Made by a program: the position numbers and the translations under genes. 64,000 nucleotides of DNA, taken from a virus. Lineage: Duplodnaviria; Caudoviricetes. This document shows positions 42,508-52,075 of the stretch, in pieces. Below the pieces are notes generated by a model, which was not told the DNA's origin, did no database searches, and saw only the letters and a program-made list of their open reading frames with translations. Every line of letters begins with the position of its first letter. The stretch's first letter is position 1. The DNA is taken from positions 1 to 64,000 of the IMG/VR virus record IMGVR_UViG_3300033075_000861. The stretch is one strand, 5' to 3'.

Positions 42508-43077
42508 ATGGAAAAGAAGAAATGCTCTCGGTGCGAGAAGAAGCTCGACCTGAACCAGTTTGCACGGTACTCCAAGTCTAAGGACGGGCGACAAGGCTAT
42601 TGCAAGGTGTGCCAGCGGGAGGTTCAGAAAGAGTACATCAGCAAGAACAGGGCCGAACTGAATCGCAAGCGGCAGGAATGGAGAGAAGCACATCCTGGGC
42701 GGGACGCCCTGGCTCAGAAGAAGTGGAAAGAGGCCAACCCTGAGCTTCACACCAAGCACTGGAAAGGGTACAACCTGAGGCGGCGTCTCAAAGTGCTGAG
42801 ATGCGTCTCGGACAGTCTTGTCTGCGTCCGTTGCGGCTGCGATAGGACAGAACTGCTTGAGATAAACCACAAGAACGGCGGCGGTCGTCAAGAGATGAAG
42901 AATGGAAGCTCAAAGTTCCACGCGGCGATCCTGAAAGGAACACGTTCGGTGGACGACCTTGAGCTTCTATGCAAGGTGTGCAACACGCTGCACTACGTCG
43001 AAATGAAGTACGGGCCGCTACCCTACACACTAACCTGGGGTCCATCCGATGGCGAAGAAAGTCAAGACCACGTCTGA
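42508..43077 (+). CDS. HNH homing endonuclease with an N-terminal Zn ribbon
   Basis: KCSRC...YCKVC; CVRCG...EINHKNGGG...LLCKVCN. Confidence 0.8.
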   Translation: MEKKKCSRCEKKLDLNQFARYSKSKDGRQGYCKVCQREVQKEYISKNRAELNRKRQEWREAHPGRDALAQKKWKEANPELHTKHWKGYNLRRRLKVLRCVSDSLVCVRCGCDRTELLEINHKNGGGRQEMKNGSSKFHAAILKGTRSVDDLELLCKVCNTLHYVEMKYGPLPYTLTWGPSDGEESQDHV

Positions 43078-44140
43078 GTCGAGGGTACTCGTCTTTAGCG
43101 ATATTCATATCGCTTGCCACAAGAAGCGGCTGGACCGCCTTCAGGACTGTCTGAAGACCCTGGAGTGGGTTTTTGAGACGGCCAGGGAGCATGGCATCAA
43201 GTACATCCTCTTCGGCGGCGACCTGTTTCAGGACCGCCAGAAAATCGACATCCTCACTTACCACCTGACGTTCGACGTGTTCCAGAAGTACTGTGACGGC
43301 AGCGTCGAGGTGTACCTGCTCCTGGGCAACCACGACCTGTGGTACTACGACCGCTGGGACATCCACTCGGTCAGGCCGCTCAGGGCCGTCAACGGGGTGA
43401 AGCTGGTCGAGAAGCCCCAGACGCTGGAGGTGGCGGGCCACAAAGTGGATTTCCTGCCCTACACGCATCAGCCCCTGGAACACCTCGACGCCCTGAGGAA
43501 GGAGGGCGGCGGCAAGACGCTTCTGGCCCACCTGGCGGTGGACGGGGCGATCCTGAACAACAACTACTCGACCTACTCTGACGTGATCATCGAACACGAC
43601 GGTGACATGGTCCGTGTCGGGGCGAGCGTTTTCGACGGCTGGGAGCAGGTGTTCCTGGGCCACTACCACTGCGAGCAGAAGCTGACACCGACCGTCGAGT
43701 ACATCGGGTCGCCACTGGAGCTTACCTTCGGGGAGGCCAATCAGCAGAAACACATCCTCATCTACGACCTGGCGACCGGGGACCGGGAGTACGTCGTCAA
43801 CAACTTCAGCCCGCGTCACTTGATTATCCCTGAGGAGGACGCCCACAAGTACGACCTGACCCGCAACTTCGTCCGCCTGACGGTGGCCGACAAGTCCGAG
43901 AGCCGCATCGCGGAGATGAAGGAAGAACTCAAGGCGAAGAAGCCGGGCAGCGTCGAGGTGGTGTCCGAGGTCAAGGTCGAGGCCGACCAGCAACAGGTCG
44001 ATGAGTCCAAGCTGGTGATCGCCAACGAGGAGGAGATGCTCAAGCTCTGGATCGAGGCGAACCAGGGCGGACTCGACAAGGAGCGTCTCTTCGCAACCGG
44101 GAGGAAAGTTTGTCTGTACCAAGCTCAAGATGCTGCGTGA
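43049..44140 (+). CDS. recombination nuclease subunit, gp47/Mre11/SbcD-like
   Basis: FSDIH, FGGDLFQ, LGNHD, AHL, FLGHYH. Confidence 0.9.
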   Translation: MAKKVKTTSESRVLVFSDIHIACHKKRLDRLQDCLKTLEWVFETAREHGIKYILFGGDLFQDRQKIDILTYHLTFDVFQKYCDGSVEVYLLLGNHDLWYYDRWDIHSVRPLRAVNGVKLVEKPQTLEVAGHKVDFLPYTHQPLEHLDALRKEGGGKTLLAHLAVDGAILNNNYSTYSDVIIEHDGDMVRVGASVFDGWEQVFLGHYHCEQKLTPTVEYIGSPLELTFGEANQQKHILIYDLATGDREYVVNNFSPRHLIIPEEDAHKYDLTRNFVRLTVADKSESRIAEMKEELKAKKPGSVEVVSEVKVEADQQQVDESKLVIANEEEMLKLWIEANQGGLDKERLFATGRKVCLYQAQDAA

Positions 44141-44937
44141 TCGTCCCCTACACCCGTCAAGGCTGGTCCAACCACAGCCTTGACGGGCCTGCCTCCCTGA
44201 TCGCCAACGGCTACCGGGGCGAGTTCTGCGTTATGGGGCTTGAGTTGCCCCCCAAGCTCACCTCCTACCTCGGCTGCACCCCTATCGAGGCCGAGCCTAA
44301 CCCCTTCAACTTGGTAGCCGCCGCATGCCAGCAGGATTGCGTGGCGGCTATCATGGACCTGTCCTGTTTCGCCACCTCCGACATCAGCCCCATCCTATCC
44401 AAGGCGTGCGGGAAACTGGTTTGCGGCACCGGGCCTGACCCGATGCCCACCCTGAGGGCTAGGCTGGCTGACCACGGCATGCCCGACGAACTGTTCCCCC
44501 TCGACCAGACCAAGATCCAGGCGGTCTTGAGGGCTATCTTAGCCTCCCAGGGCAGGCGGTACTCCTCGGGCTTCGTGGCCGGTGACCGGGGTGTCTGGGA
44601 GGGCCTGTTCGCCTTCATGAGGGTGTGCGGCGAGGCCGGCATCTGCGTCCTGAACGAACTGGCCTGGGAGGCTGTCATCAACCTCTACGCCCACTGCGTC
44701 GGCGGCGTCGAGGTTCTGCCCAGGGGCGACTACGCTCAGGTGGACGCGGCTTGGGGCAAGGACACGCACGCGGTAATCGGGCAGCGTCGTGAGGGTGGCA
44801 TCCGCTTCCGCGACATGGACCCAGCCGCCTTCGCCGCCGAGGCTTCACGTTTTGAGGGCAAGCCCTCAAAGAGGTCGCTGATGGGCAGACCGATGATGAA
44901 GGTTTCTCGCGTTGCCCAGCGTGCGGAGTATCGTTAA
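44137..44937 (+). CDS. hypothetical protein (possibly glycosyltransferase-like)
   Basis: GTG overlapping the upstream TGA; lies between gp47 and gp46. Confidence 0.55.
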   Translation: MIVPYTRQGWSNHSLDGPASLIANGYRGEFCVMGLELPPKLTSYLGCTPIEAEPNPFNLVAAACQQDCVAAIMDLSCFATSDISPILSKACGKLVCGTGPDPMPTLRARLADHGMPDELFPLDQTKIQAVLRAILASQGRRYSSGFVAGDRGVWEGLFAFMRVCGEAGICVLNELAWEAVINLYAHCVGGVEVLPRGDYAQVDAAWGKDTHAVIGQRREGGIRFRDMDPAAFAAEASRFEGKPSKRSLMGRPMMKVSRVAQRAEYR

Positions 44938-44967
44938 GCTGCGTCCCTCAAACCCTGAGGGACAACA

Positions 44968-46971
44968 ATGCGTAACCTCGACTTCACCTACCTGTCAGCC
45001 GAGAACTTCCTTTGCTTCAAGAACAAGGTCGAGATCGACCTGAGGAAGCTGGGCCGTATCGTGGTCGTCAAGGGCGTCAACCTCGACGCCACCCAGGGCG
45101 ACCCGGACGCGACCGGCGAGCCTGAGTCCAACGGTGCCGGCAAGTCTTCTATCCCCGAGATCATCTCCTACGGACTGTTCGGCAAGACCATCCGTAGGCC
45201 GAAGAAACTCGGCGTGGACGACGTGGTCAACTTCCAGACCGGCAAGAAGATGGCCGTCGAGGTCCGCTGGGACAAGTACCGGGTCGTCCGCAAGAAGAAC
45301 CCCGACTCCCTGAAGCTCTACGAACTGATCGACGGACACTGGAAGGATGAGACGCGGGGCAAGAAGACCCAGCAGTACATCGAGGAGACGCTTCTCGGCA
45401 TGAACTACGAGACGTTCGTGAACGTCTCGGTCTTCAGCGACGACAACACCACGTCCTTCCTTGAGGTGGACACCCCCACCAAGAGGAAGATCGTGGAGAA
45501 CCTCCTCAGCCTGGAGAAGTACTGCGGCTACTTCGACAACGCCAAGAAGCTCCGCAACGCAGCCAAGGCCAGCATCAAGACCCTCACCACCGACTTCAGC
45601 CGCATGCTGACCGACGTGGACCAGGCACGCTTCCGGCTGGAGCAGGTCAAGGCCCAGGAACTGAACTGGCGGCACGCCCAGAAGCAGGAGGCCCACAAGC
45701 TCGCCCTCCAGGCCAAGGCCAAGGAGGACGAGATCGCCGCCGCCGACTTCACCGGCGAACTAGCAGCCTACCAGATGGCCCAAGGACAATTGGCCGAGGC
45801 CGAGGCCGAGGGCAAGCGGCTGGCCGAGGAGCGTGCTTCCGTCGAGCAGGTGGTCGCAGCCTACGAGGCCAACCTCAAGGAGGCCCAGGCCACGCTGGAG
45901 AAGCGTCAGGTCCAGAAGGCCAAGAAGGCTGCCGAGGTCGAGGGCTGCAAGGTCCGGCTCGCCCAGGCCGAGGCCACGGTCATGAACATCAACGACAAGC
46001 AGGACACCGTCTCCTGTCCCTGGTGTTATCAGGACGTGCCCGATGGCAACTACGACCACGTCCTCGATGAGGCCAAGAAGGTCATCGACGCCGAGACGAG
46101 GGCACTGACCGAACTGAACGTGGCCCTGGCCCAGGAGATCGGCAAGCTCGACAAGACGAGCGAACTGGTCGGCAAGGTCCGCACCATGATCAGCCAGAAG
46201 CGGTCGGCCCTGGCCGAGTGCGACCGCCAGATCGCCGCCAACAACAAGGAGGTCAGCCGGCTGTCGCACATCAAGGAGCCTCAGCCCGACGCCGCCGTGG
46301 TCGCACTCCAGCAGCAACTGGAGTCGCTGAGGAGCCAGGAGGCCGCGAAGCTGATCGAGGCGGACGGCGTATCGCCCTACGAGGGCACCATCACCGCCCT
46401 CGCCCAGGAACTGTCGGAGAAGGAGGAGGCGACTGCCGCCAAGAAGGCTGAACTCAAAGAGGCTGAGGACGAACTCCCCTATCTGGAGTTCTGGGTCAAG
46501 GGCTTCGGTGACGACGGCATCCGCCAGCACGTCATTGCCGGCATCGTGCCCGCCATGAACAAGAGGATCTCCTATTGCCTCCAGTTCTTGGTGAATGGCA
46601 AACTGAGCCTCGCCTTCGACCCGAGCCTTGAGGCGACCATCGACCGCTGGCCCTTCCTCAAGAGGCCCTACGTCTACCACGGACTCTCGGGCGGTCAGAA
46701 GCAGCACCTGAACATAGCCCTCAGCCAGAGCATCGCCCACGTCCAACTGCTCAACACCGGCACCTGTCCGTCGTTCCTCTGGCTCGATGAGGTGACGAGC
46801 AACATCAGCCGGGCCGGTATCGAGGGCGTGTACCGGATGTTGTGCGAGATGAGCAAGGAGCGGCAGGTGTTTGTGATCGACCACAACGAGGCCCTCCTAC
46901 AGAAGCTCGCCGGGTGCCAGACCATCACCGTGACGATGAAGGACGAGGCGTCCACAATCTCGATCACCTAA
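44968..46971 (+). CDS. recombination ATPase, gp46/Rad50/SbcC-like
   Basis: SNGAGKS Walker A, coiled coil with a CPWC zinc hook, LSGGQ signature, LWLDE Walker B. Confidence 0.92.
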   Translation: MRNLDFTYLSAENFLCFKNKVEIDLRKLGRIVVVKGVNLDATQGDPDATGEPESNGAGKSSIPEIISYGLFGKTIRRPKKLGVDDVVNFQTGKKMAVEVRWDKYRVVRKKNPDSLKLYELIDGHWKDETRGKKTQQYIEETLLGMNYETFVNVSVFSDDNTTSFLEVDTPTKRKIVENLLSLEKYCGYFDNAKKLRNAAKASIKTLTTDFSRMLTDVDQARFRLEQVKAQELNWRHAQKQEAHKLALQAKAKEDEIAAADFTGELAAYQMAQGQLAEAEAEGKRLAEERASVEQVVAAYEANLKEAQATLEKRQVQKAKKAAEVEGCKVRLAQAEATVMNINDKQDTVSCPWCYQDVPDGNYDHVLDEAKKVIDAETRALTELNVALAQEIGKLDKTSELVGKVRTMISQKRSALAECDRQIAANNKEVSRLSHIKEPQPDAAVVALQQQLESLRSQEAAKLIEADGVSPYEGTITALAQELSEKEEATAAKKAELKEAEDELPYLEFWVKGFGDDGIRQHVIAGIVPAMNKRISYCLQFLVNGKLSLAFDPSLEATIDRWPFLKRPYVYHGLSGGQKQHLNIALSQSIAHVQLLNTGTCPSFLWLDEVTSNISRAGIEGVYRMLCEMSKERQVFVIDHNEALLQKLAGCQTITVTMKDEASTISIT

Positions 46972-47126
46972 ACTGAGGCCGGCTGCCCACTTGGGGTAAG
47001 CCTCAGAAAAACAGATCGGCATCGCTTACATACCAGCCCGCATGATGCCCTCTCGCACGCACCCTGGGCGGGGTGCGGAGAGGGCATTCGTGTCTAACGA
47101 GTCATCAAAGAGGCAAAGAGGAAAAG

Positions 47127-50100
47127 ATGAGCATCGAAGCACTTCAGGACTACGTCTACACCAGCAAGTACAGCCGCTACACGAAGAAGCGAAAGCGGCG
47201 TGAGGTGTGGGACGAGTCCGTGGACCGTGTCCGCGACATGCACCTGGGGCGTTACCCCCAGATCGCGGACGAGATCAACTGGGCCTTCGATCAGGTCCGC
47301 GAGAAGAGAGTCCTGGGGTCGCAGCGTGCCCTCCAGTTCGGCGGGGAGCCGATCCTGAGGAAGCATGCTCGCCTCTACAACTGTCTGAAAGAGGACACGC
47401 CGTTCATCACAAACCAGGGTGTCCGCACTTTTGCGGACTACTCAGACGGTGACCGTGTCATGGTGCTGACGCACCTGGGCAACTGGATGCCAGCGACTGT
47501 CCGGTCTTACGGCGAGCAGCCCCTAAACCGCATCCTGATCAAACGGGGCAAAGCGGAGCAGGAGGTCTACGCCACCGCTAATCACCGCTGGATTCTCAAG
47601 GGCGGCACGGAGACGACCTCACTGAAAGTGGGCGACCGGCTCGCTTTCGGCCCCGACGTGTTCAACGAGTTCAAATACGAGGACGCTCTGCCTGATGAGC
47701 GTCTCTACTGGGCCTACGGGTACGTCTACGGTGACGGGACCAAGGTCAAGGACGGCGATGGGCAGCACAAATACTCGATGGTGAGGCTGTGCGGCGATCA
47801 GGTCAAGTACCTCAATCGGTTTGAGGAACTGGGTTTCAACAGTTCCTCTCATCACTCGCTGGAAGGTGACGTGATGGTCTACACCGGGAAGTACCTGAAG
47901 ACCCTGCCTGATCCTAAGGAAGACAGCCCTCGGCTGATCCGTGCCTTCGTCCGTGGCTACCTCGATGCGGATGGGGCCAGGAACAGCAACTGTCGCCCTG
48001 GGCTGACGAACAACTCGCCCACACCCTACGACTCAATCCAGGCCACCGGCAAGGAGGCCATCGAGTTCATCCGCGAGTGCTTCCCCATCGCGGGCGTCTA
48101 CATCGTCAGCGAAGAGGATAAGACTGGGGAGGTGACGAACTACGGACCCAGGACGGAGGAGACGATCAGGTTCCGAATCATCAATGGGTTCGGCAAGACC
48201 GCAGCCTCCTTCACTGTGGAAGCCATCGAGGAAGATGTGTCCAGGGAGAAGGTGTGGTGTCTGGAGGTCGAGGAGGACCACTCGTTCGTCATGCCTAATG
48301 GCCTGCCGACCGGCAACTGCACCGTCTCCTACTGCGACCGGATGAGGTTCTTCCAAGAGGCGTTCTGGCTGCTGTTGTGCGGCTGTGGCGTCGGCTTCAG
48401 CGTGCAGCAACACCACGTCGCCAAGCTGCCCGACTTCGACAAGGGCCTGTGGCACCGCGTCGAGGTCGGCGGCAGTCTGGAGCAGACCGGGGGCGAGGAG
48501 TGGGGTGCAGCGTGGAAGGAGCGGCGGACCTACAGGGTGCCCGACACTATCGAGGGCTGGGCCGATGCCCTGGGCATCCTGCTCGCCACCTACATGCCCT
48601 CGCCGGGCTACGAGGAGTGGGCCGGCGTTCTGGTCGAGTTCGACTTCAGCGACATTCGCCCCGCCGGCTCGATCCTGTCCTCTGGCAGCGGCAAGGCCCC
48701 CGGCCCCGAGCCGCTGAAACGGTCGCTGGAGGTCATCCGTGGGCTTCTGAACAGACTCCTGAAGGAGGGCCGCACCCGCCTACGCCCCATCGACGCCTAC
48801 GACGTGGTCTGCCACGCCAGTGACGCGGTCCTCAGCGGCGGCGTTCGTCGGAGTGCCACCATCTGCATCTTCAGCCTGGAAGATGACGAGATGATGAAGG
48901 CGAAGACCGGCGACTGGTTCTTCACGAACCCCCAGCGTGCCCGGTCGAACAACAGCGTCCTGCTCCTGAGGGACAGGGTCACCGAGGAGCAGTTCCTCAA
49001 GATCATCGAATCGGTCAAGGAGTTCGGGGAGCCGGGCTTCCTGTGGAGTGACAGCACGGAACTGATGGTCAATCCGTGCGTCGAGATCGGCATGTGGCCG
49101 GTCTGCCACCTCACCGGCCTAAGCGGCTGGCAGTTCTGCAACCTGTGTGAACTGAACGGCAAGCTGATCAAGAGCCGCGAGGACTGGAGGATCGCTGCCA
49201 GGGCCGCAGCTATCATCGGCACCTGCCAGGCCGGCTACACCGACTTCGACTACCTGGGCGAGGTCACCAAGAGGATCACAGAGCGTGAGGCCCTGCTGGG
49301 GGTGAGCATCACCGGCATGATGGACTCGCCGGACGTGATCTTCGATGAGGAACTCCAGCGTGAGATGGCCCAGTACATTCTGGAGATCAACGAAGAGATC
49401 GCCCCTAAGATCGGCGTCAGGCCGACCGCCAGGGCGACCTGCGTCAAGCCGGCGGGAACGTCTTCGTGTGTCCTGGGCACCGGCTCGGGAATCCACCCGC
49501 ACCACGCCCGGCGGTACATCCGCCGCATCCAGGGCAACACGATGGAGGCCCCGCTCCAGTTCTACAAAGGTCACAACCCTCACGCGGTGGAGAGGAGCGT
49601 CTGGAGTGCCAACGGCACCGACGAGGTGATCAGCTTCGCCATCGAGGTGGACGAAGACTGCCGCGTCAAGCCGGACCTGAGTGCCATCGAACTTCTGGAA
49701 CACGTCCGGCTTACCCAGGTCAACTGGGTCATGTCCGGCTGCGTCCCCGAGCGTTGCACCCAGCCCTGGCTGAGGCACAACGTCAGCAACACCATCAACG
49801 TCAAGCCCGACGAGTGGCTGCCTGTCGGCAAGTACATCTACAAGTACCGCGAGAACTTCGCCGGCGTGTCCCTGCTGCCGGCCACCGGCGACCGGGACTA
49901 CCCTCAGAGTCCGATGGTGCAGGTGTTCACGCCAGCCGAGATCGTCGCCCACTACGGGGACGCCGGCCTGTTCGCTTCCGGCCTCATCGTGGACGGCCTG
50001 CACGCCTTCGATGACAACCTGTGGCTGGCCTGCGAACACGCCCTGGGCCACCAGAAGGTCGAGTGCAAGACCCCGCCGGTGGGGACCGGACGCTACAAGA

Positions 50101-50432
50101 CGCACAGCGACTGGACGGCCTGGCTGCCCGGCTGCGTGCAGGACTTCCTCGGCCTGCGGGAGGAGATCGTCACGATCCCCGACGAGCCGTGGCATAAGTT
50201 CAAAGCCCAACAGGACTGGGTCCGCCGGGCGATCCAGTTCGCGGATCGCTACTTCCAGGGCGACGTGAAGAAGGCGACGTACTGCCTCAAGGACGTGGAC
50301 AACTGGCACACCTTCGTCGCCTTGATGCGACAAGACGTGCCCGTAGACTACAGTGAGATGCTGGAGGAGGACGACAACACCACACTCCGCGAGTCGATGG
50401 CTTGCTCGGGAGGTAAGTGTGAACTGATCTGA
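47127..50432 (+). CDS. nrdJ: class II (AdoCbl) ribonucleoside-triphosphate reductase containing an intein
   Basis: SQRALQFGG, YNC, GCGVGFSV, GGVRRSA, RARSNNS, NPCVEI, CNL, TCVKPAGT, HNVSNT, C-terminal ACSGGKC. Confidence 0.92.
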   Translation: MSIEALQDYVYTSKYSRYTKKRKRREVWDESVDRVRDMHLGRYPQIADEINWAFDQVREKRVLGSQRALQFGGEPILRKHARLYNCLKEDTPFITNQGVRTFADYSDGDRVMVLTHLGNWMPATVRSYGEQPLNRILIKRGKAEQEVYATANHRWILKGGTETTSLKVGDRLAFGPDVFNEFKYEDALPDERLYWAYGYVYGDGTKVKDGDGQHKYSMVRLCGDQVKYLNRFEELGFNSSSHHSLEGDVMVYTGKYLKTLPDPKEDSPRLIRAFVRGYLDADGARNSNCRPGLTNNSPTPYDSIQATGKEAIEFIRECFPIAGVYIVSEEDKTGEVTNYGPRTEETIRFRIINGFGKTAASFTVEAIEEDVSREKVWCLEVEEDHSFVMPNGLPTGNCTVSYCDRMRFFQEAFWLLLCGCGVGFSVQQHHVAKLPDFDKGLWHRVEVGGSLEQTGGEEWGAAWKERRTYRVPDTIEGWADALGILLATYMPSPGYEEWAGVLVEFDFSDIRPAGSILSSGSGKAPGPEPLKRSLEVIRGLLNRLLKEGRTRLRPIDAYDVVCHASDAVLSGGVRRSATICIFSLEDDEMMKAKTGDWFFTNPQRARSNNSVLLLRDRVTEEQFLKIIESVKEFGEPGFLWSDSTELMVNPCVEIGMWPVCHLTGLSGWQFCNLCELNGKLIKSREDWRIAARAAAIIGTCQAGYTDFDYLGEVTKRITEREALLGVSITGMMDSPDVIFDEELQREMAQYILEINEEIAPKIGVRPTARATCVKPAGTSSCVLGTGSGIHPHHARRYIRRIQGNTMEAPLQFYKGHNPHAVERSVWSANGTDEVISFAIEVDEDCRVKPDLSAIELLEHVRLTQVNWVMSGCVPERCTQPWLRHNVSNTINVKPDEWLPVGKYIYKYRENFAGVSLLPATGDRDYPQSPMVQVFTPAEIVAHYGDAGLFASGLIVDGLHAFDDNLWLACEHALGHQKVECKTPPVGTGRYKTHSDWTAWLPGCVQDFLGLREEIVTIPDEPWHKFKAQQDWVRRAIQFADRYFQGDVKKATYCLKDVDNWHTFVALMRQDVPVDYSEMLEEDDNTTLRESMACSGGKCELI
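47382..48317 (+). mobile_element. intein with LAGLIDADG homing endonuclease (312 aa)
   Basis: Starts CLKEDT, ends LPTGN before +1 Cys; motifs YGYVYGDG and RGYLDADG. Confidence 0.9.
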
Positions 50433-50505
50433 GGCTCCAGAAATAACGTCGATCTTCACAGCCGGCCCAGTGTATACTGGGCCGGCTCACTTGAGGTACA
50501 AAGCG

Positions 50506-51492
50506 ATGACCGACCTGCGACTGGCTCTGGCGAACACGCCTACGGACGAGTACTACCTGAACCCCGAACTGCTCGCCACCACCCTGCCGACCCGCCTGCC
50601 CAACGGCCTGCAATTCGATTTTTGCTGTGCCGCCGGTGCCCTCGGCTTCGACGGCGACGGCTACTGGTTTGAGTGGCCTTTTATCACCCTGGGCATCCTC
50701 GACCCCCGCGACTTCGTCATCATCGTTAAGACGCTCACCTACGAGGCCCGCAAAGGCAACTACGACCCCTGGCGTCCCTGGACTTGTGTCCGGCTGGTCC
50801 GTGGCGGCATGATCAACGCGATGGGCCTGCCCAACATGGGCTACGAGCGGTGGATCAGGGACTGCTACCCGATGATCATCGAGCGGGGCTACCGTGCCAT
50901 CGTCTCGATCCAGCCGACGAACCGCAAGGAAGCCTGGGACATGAGCCGCCGCCTTAACCTCAACCACATTGAGGGGATCGAGGTGAACCTGTCCTGTCCG
51001 AACACCAAGGACGAGTACGACCCGGTCGAGATCATCAAGACCGTCCGCTACTGCACGGCCTTGCCGGTGATCGCCAAACTGGGCTACAGTTCTGTGGTGG
51101 GGGATGTCTCCTACATGCAAGGCATCGACCCCTATGTCGATGCCTGGGATCTGATCAACACGGTCCCCTGGAACGAACTGCACAAGACGCCCTCGCCGCT
51201 GGCCGGCTACAAGCTCATGGGCGGCGTCTCGGGCGAGCAGATTATCCCGCACGCCCGCGAGGCCCTCCATGTTACCAAGACCCGCATGCACGCCGGAATC
51301 CTGGCTAAGAAGCCGGTCATCAGCGGCGGCGGGATCGGCAGCCTGAATGAGGCGGTGATCCGCCGCAACCTGGGGGCGGACTCGCTCTCCCTGGGGACGG
51401 TCTTCCCGAGGAGCATCCTCAAGTTCGACCCCTGGCTGCCCAATAGGATCGTCAGGGAGTACAGGCGTCTGTATGGGGAGAAGATGCCGTGA
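50506..51492 (+). CDS. pyrD: dihydroorotate dehydrogenase, class 1-like
   Basis: IVKT, NAMGLPNMG, EVNLSCPNT, AKL, INT, GGVSG, ISGGGI. Confidence 0.85.
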   Translation: MTDLRLALANTPTDEYYLNPELLATTLPTRLPNGLQFDFCCAAGALGFDGDGYWFEWPFITLGILDPRDFVIIVKTLTYEARKGNYDPWRPWTCVRLVRGGMINAMGLPNMGYERWIRDCYPMIIERGYRAIVSIQPTNRKEAWDMSRRLNLNHIEGIEVNLSCPNTKDEYDPVEIIKTVRYCTALPVIAKLGYSSVVGDVSYMQGIDPYVDAWDLINTVPWNELHKTPSPLAGYKLMGGVSGEQIIPHAREALHVTKTRMHAGILAKKPVISGGGIGSLNEAVIRRNLGADSLSLGTVFPRSILKFDPWLPNRIVREYRRLYGEKMP

Positions 51493-51508
51493 CGCACTCA
51501 TGTAGTGC

Positions 51509-52075
51509 ATGGAAGACAAACTACTGAACACAGAGCATGGCAGGCTTGTGGTTGAGGCCCTGGCCTACCGCAAAAAAGTGGGTAAGCAGACGCGACGGTT
51601 TTACCTGTGCCGCTGCAAGTGCGGCGGCACAAAGATCGTCCAGGCTTGCATTTTGCAGAGCAAAAAATGCCATAGCTGTGGATGTCTGAGAAAGAGGCGT
51701 GGCAAGGACAACCCTAAGTGGACTGGCGTTGGAGAGATCAGTGGGTCATACTGGGACTCTGTTGTCGCCAAAGCCAAGAAACGCGGCAGAGGAGGGAGGT
51801 TGTCGTGGCCTGTTGAAATTGACGCCGAGTACGCCTGGCTAGTCTACCAGAGGCAGGGGGGCGTGTGTGCTTTGTCTGGTACGCCGATTGGGTTCGGCAA
51901 GGAAAGGACCGCCTCGCTAGACCGCATAGACAGTGGACAGGGATACCTACCTGGGAACGTACAGTGGGTTCATAAGACGGTCAACCTCATGAAGCAGAAC
52001 CTGCCCGAGTCGCTCTTCATCGAGTTCTGTCTGGCGATAGCAGCACACCAAGGAGCGAAGAATGTCAGGAAGTAA
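51509..52075 (+). CDS. HNH homing endonuclease
   Basis: GRLVV...CRCKCG...SCGCL; SLDRIDSGQGYLPGNVQWVH...N. Confidence 0.85.
   Translation: MEDKLLNTEHGRLVVEALAYRKKVGKQTRRFYLCRCKCGGTKIVQACILQSKKCHSCGCLRKRRGKDNPKWTGVGEISGSYWDSVVAKAKKRGRGGRLSWPVEIDAEYAWLVYQRQGGVCALSGTPIGFGKERTASLDRIDSGQGYLPGNVQWVHKTVNLMKQNLPESLFIEFCLAIAAHQGAKNVRK

Noticed and set aside
50461-50486. Perfect 10-bp inverted repeat containing TATACT as a promoter
   Set aside because: The -35-like TTCACA is only 12 nt away and there is no U-tract; function unclear (processing or operator site)
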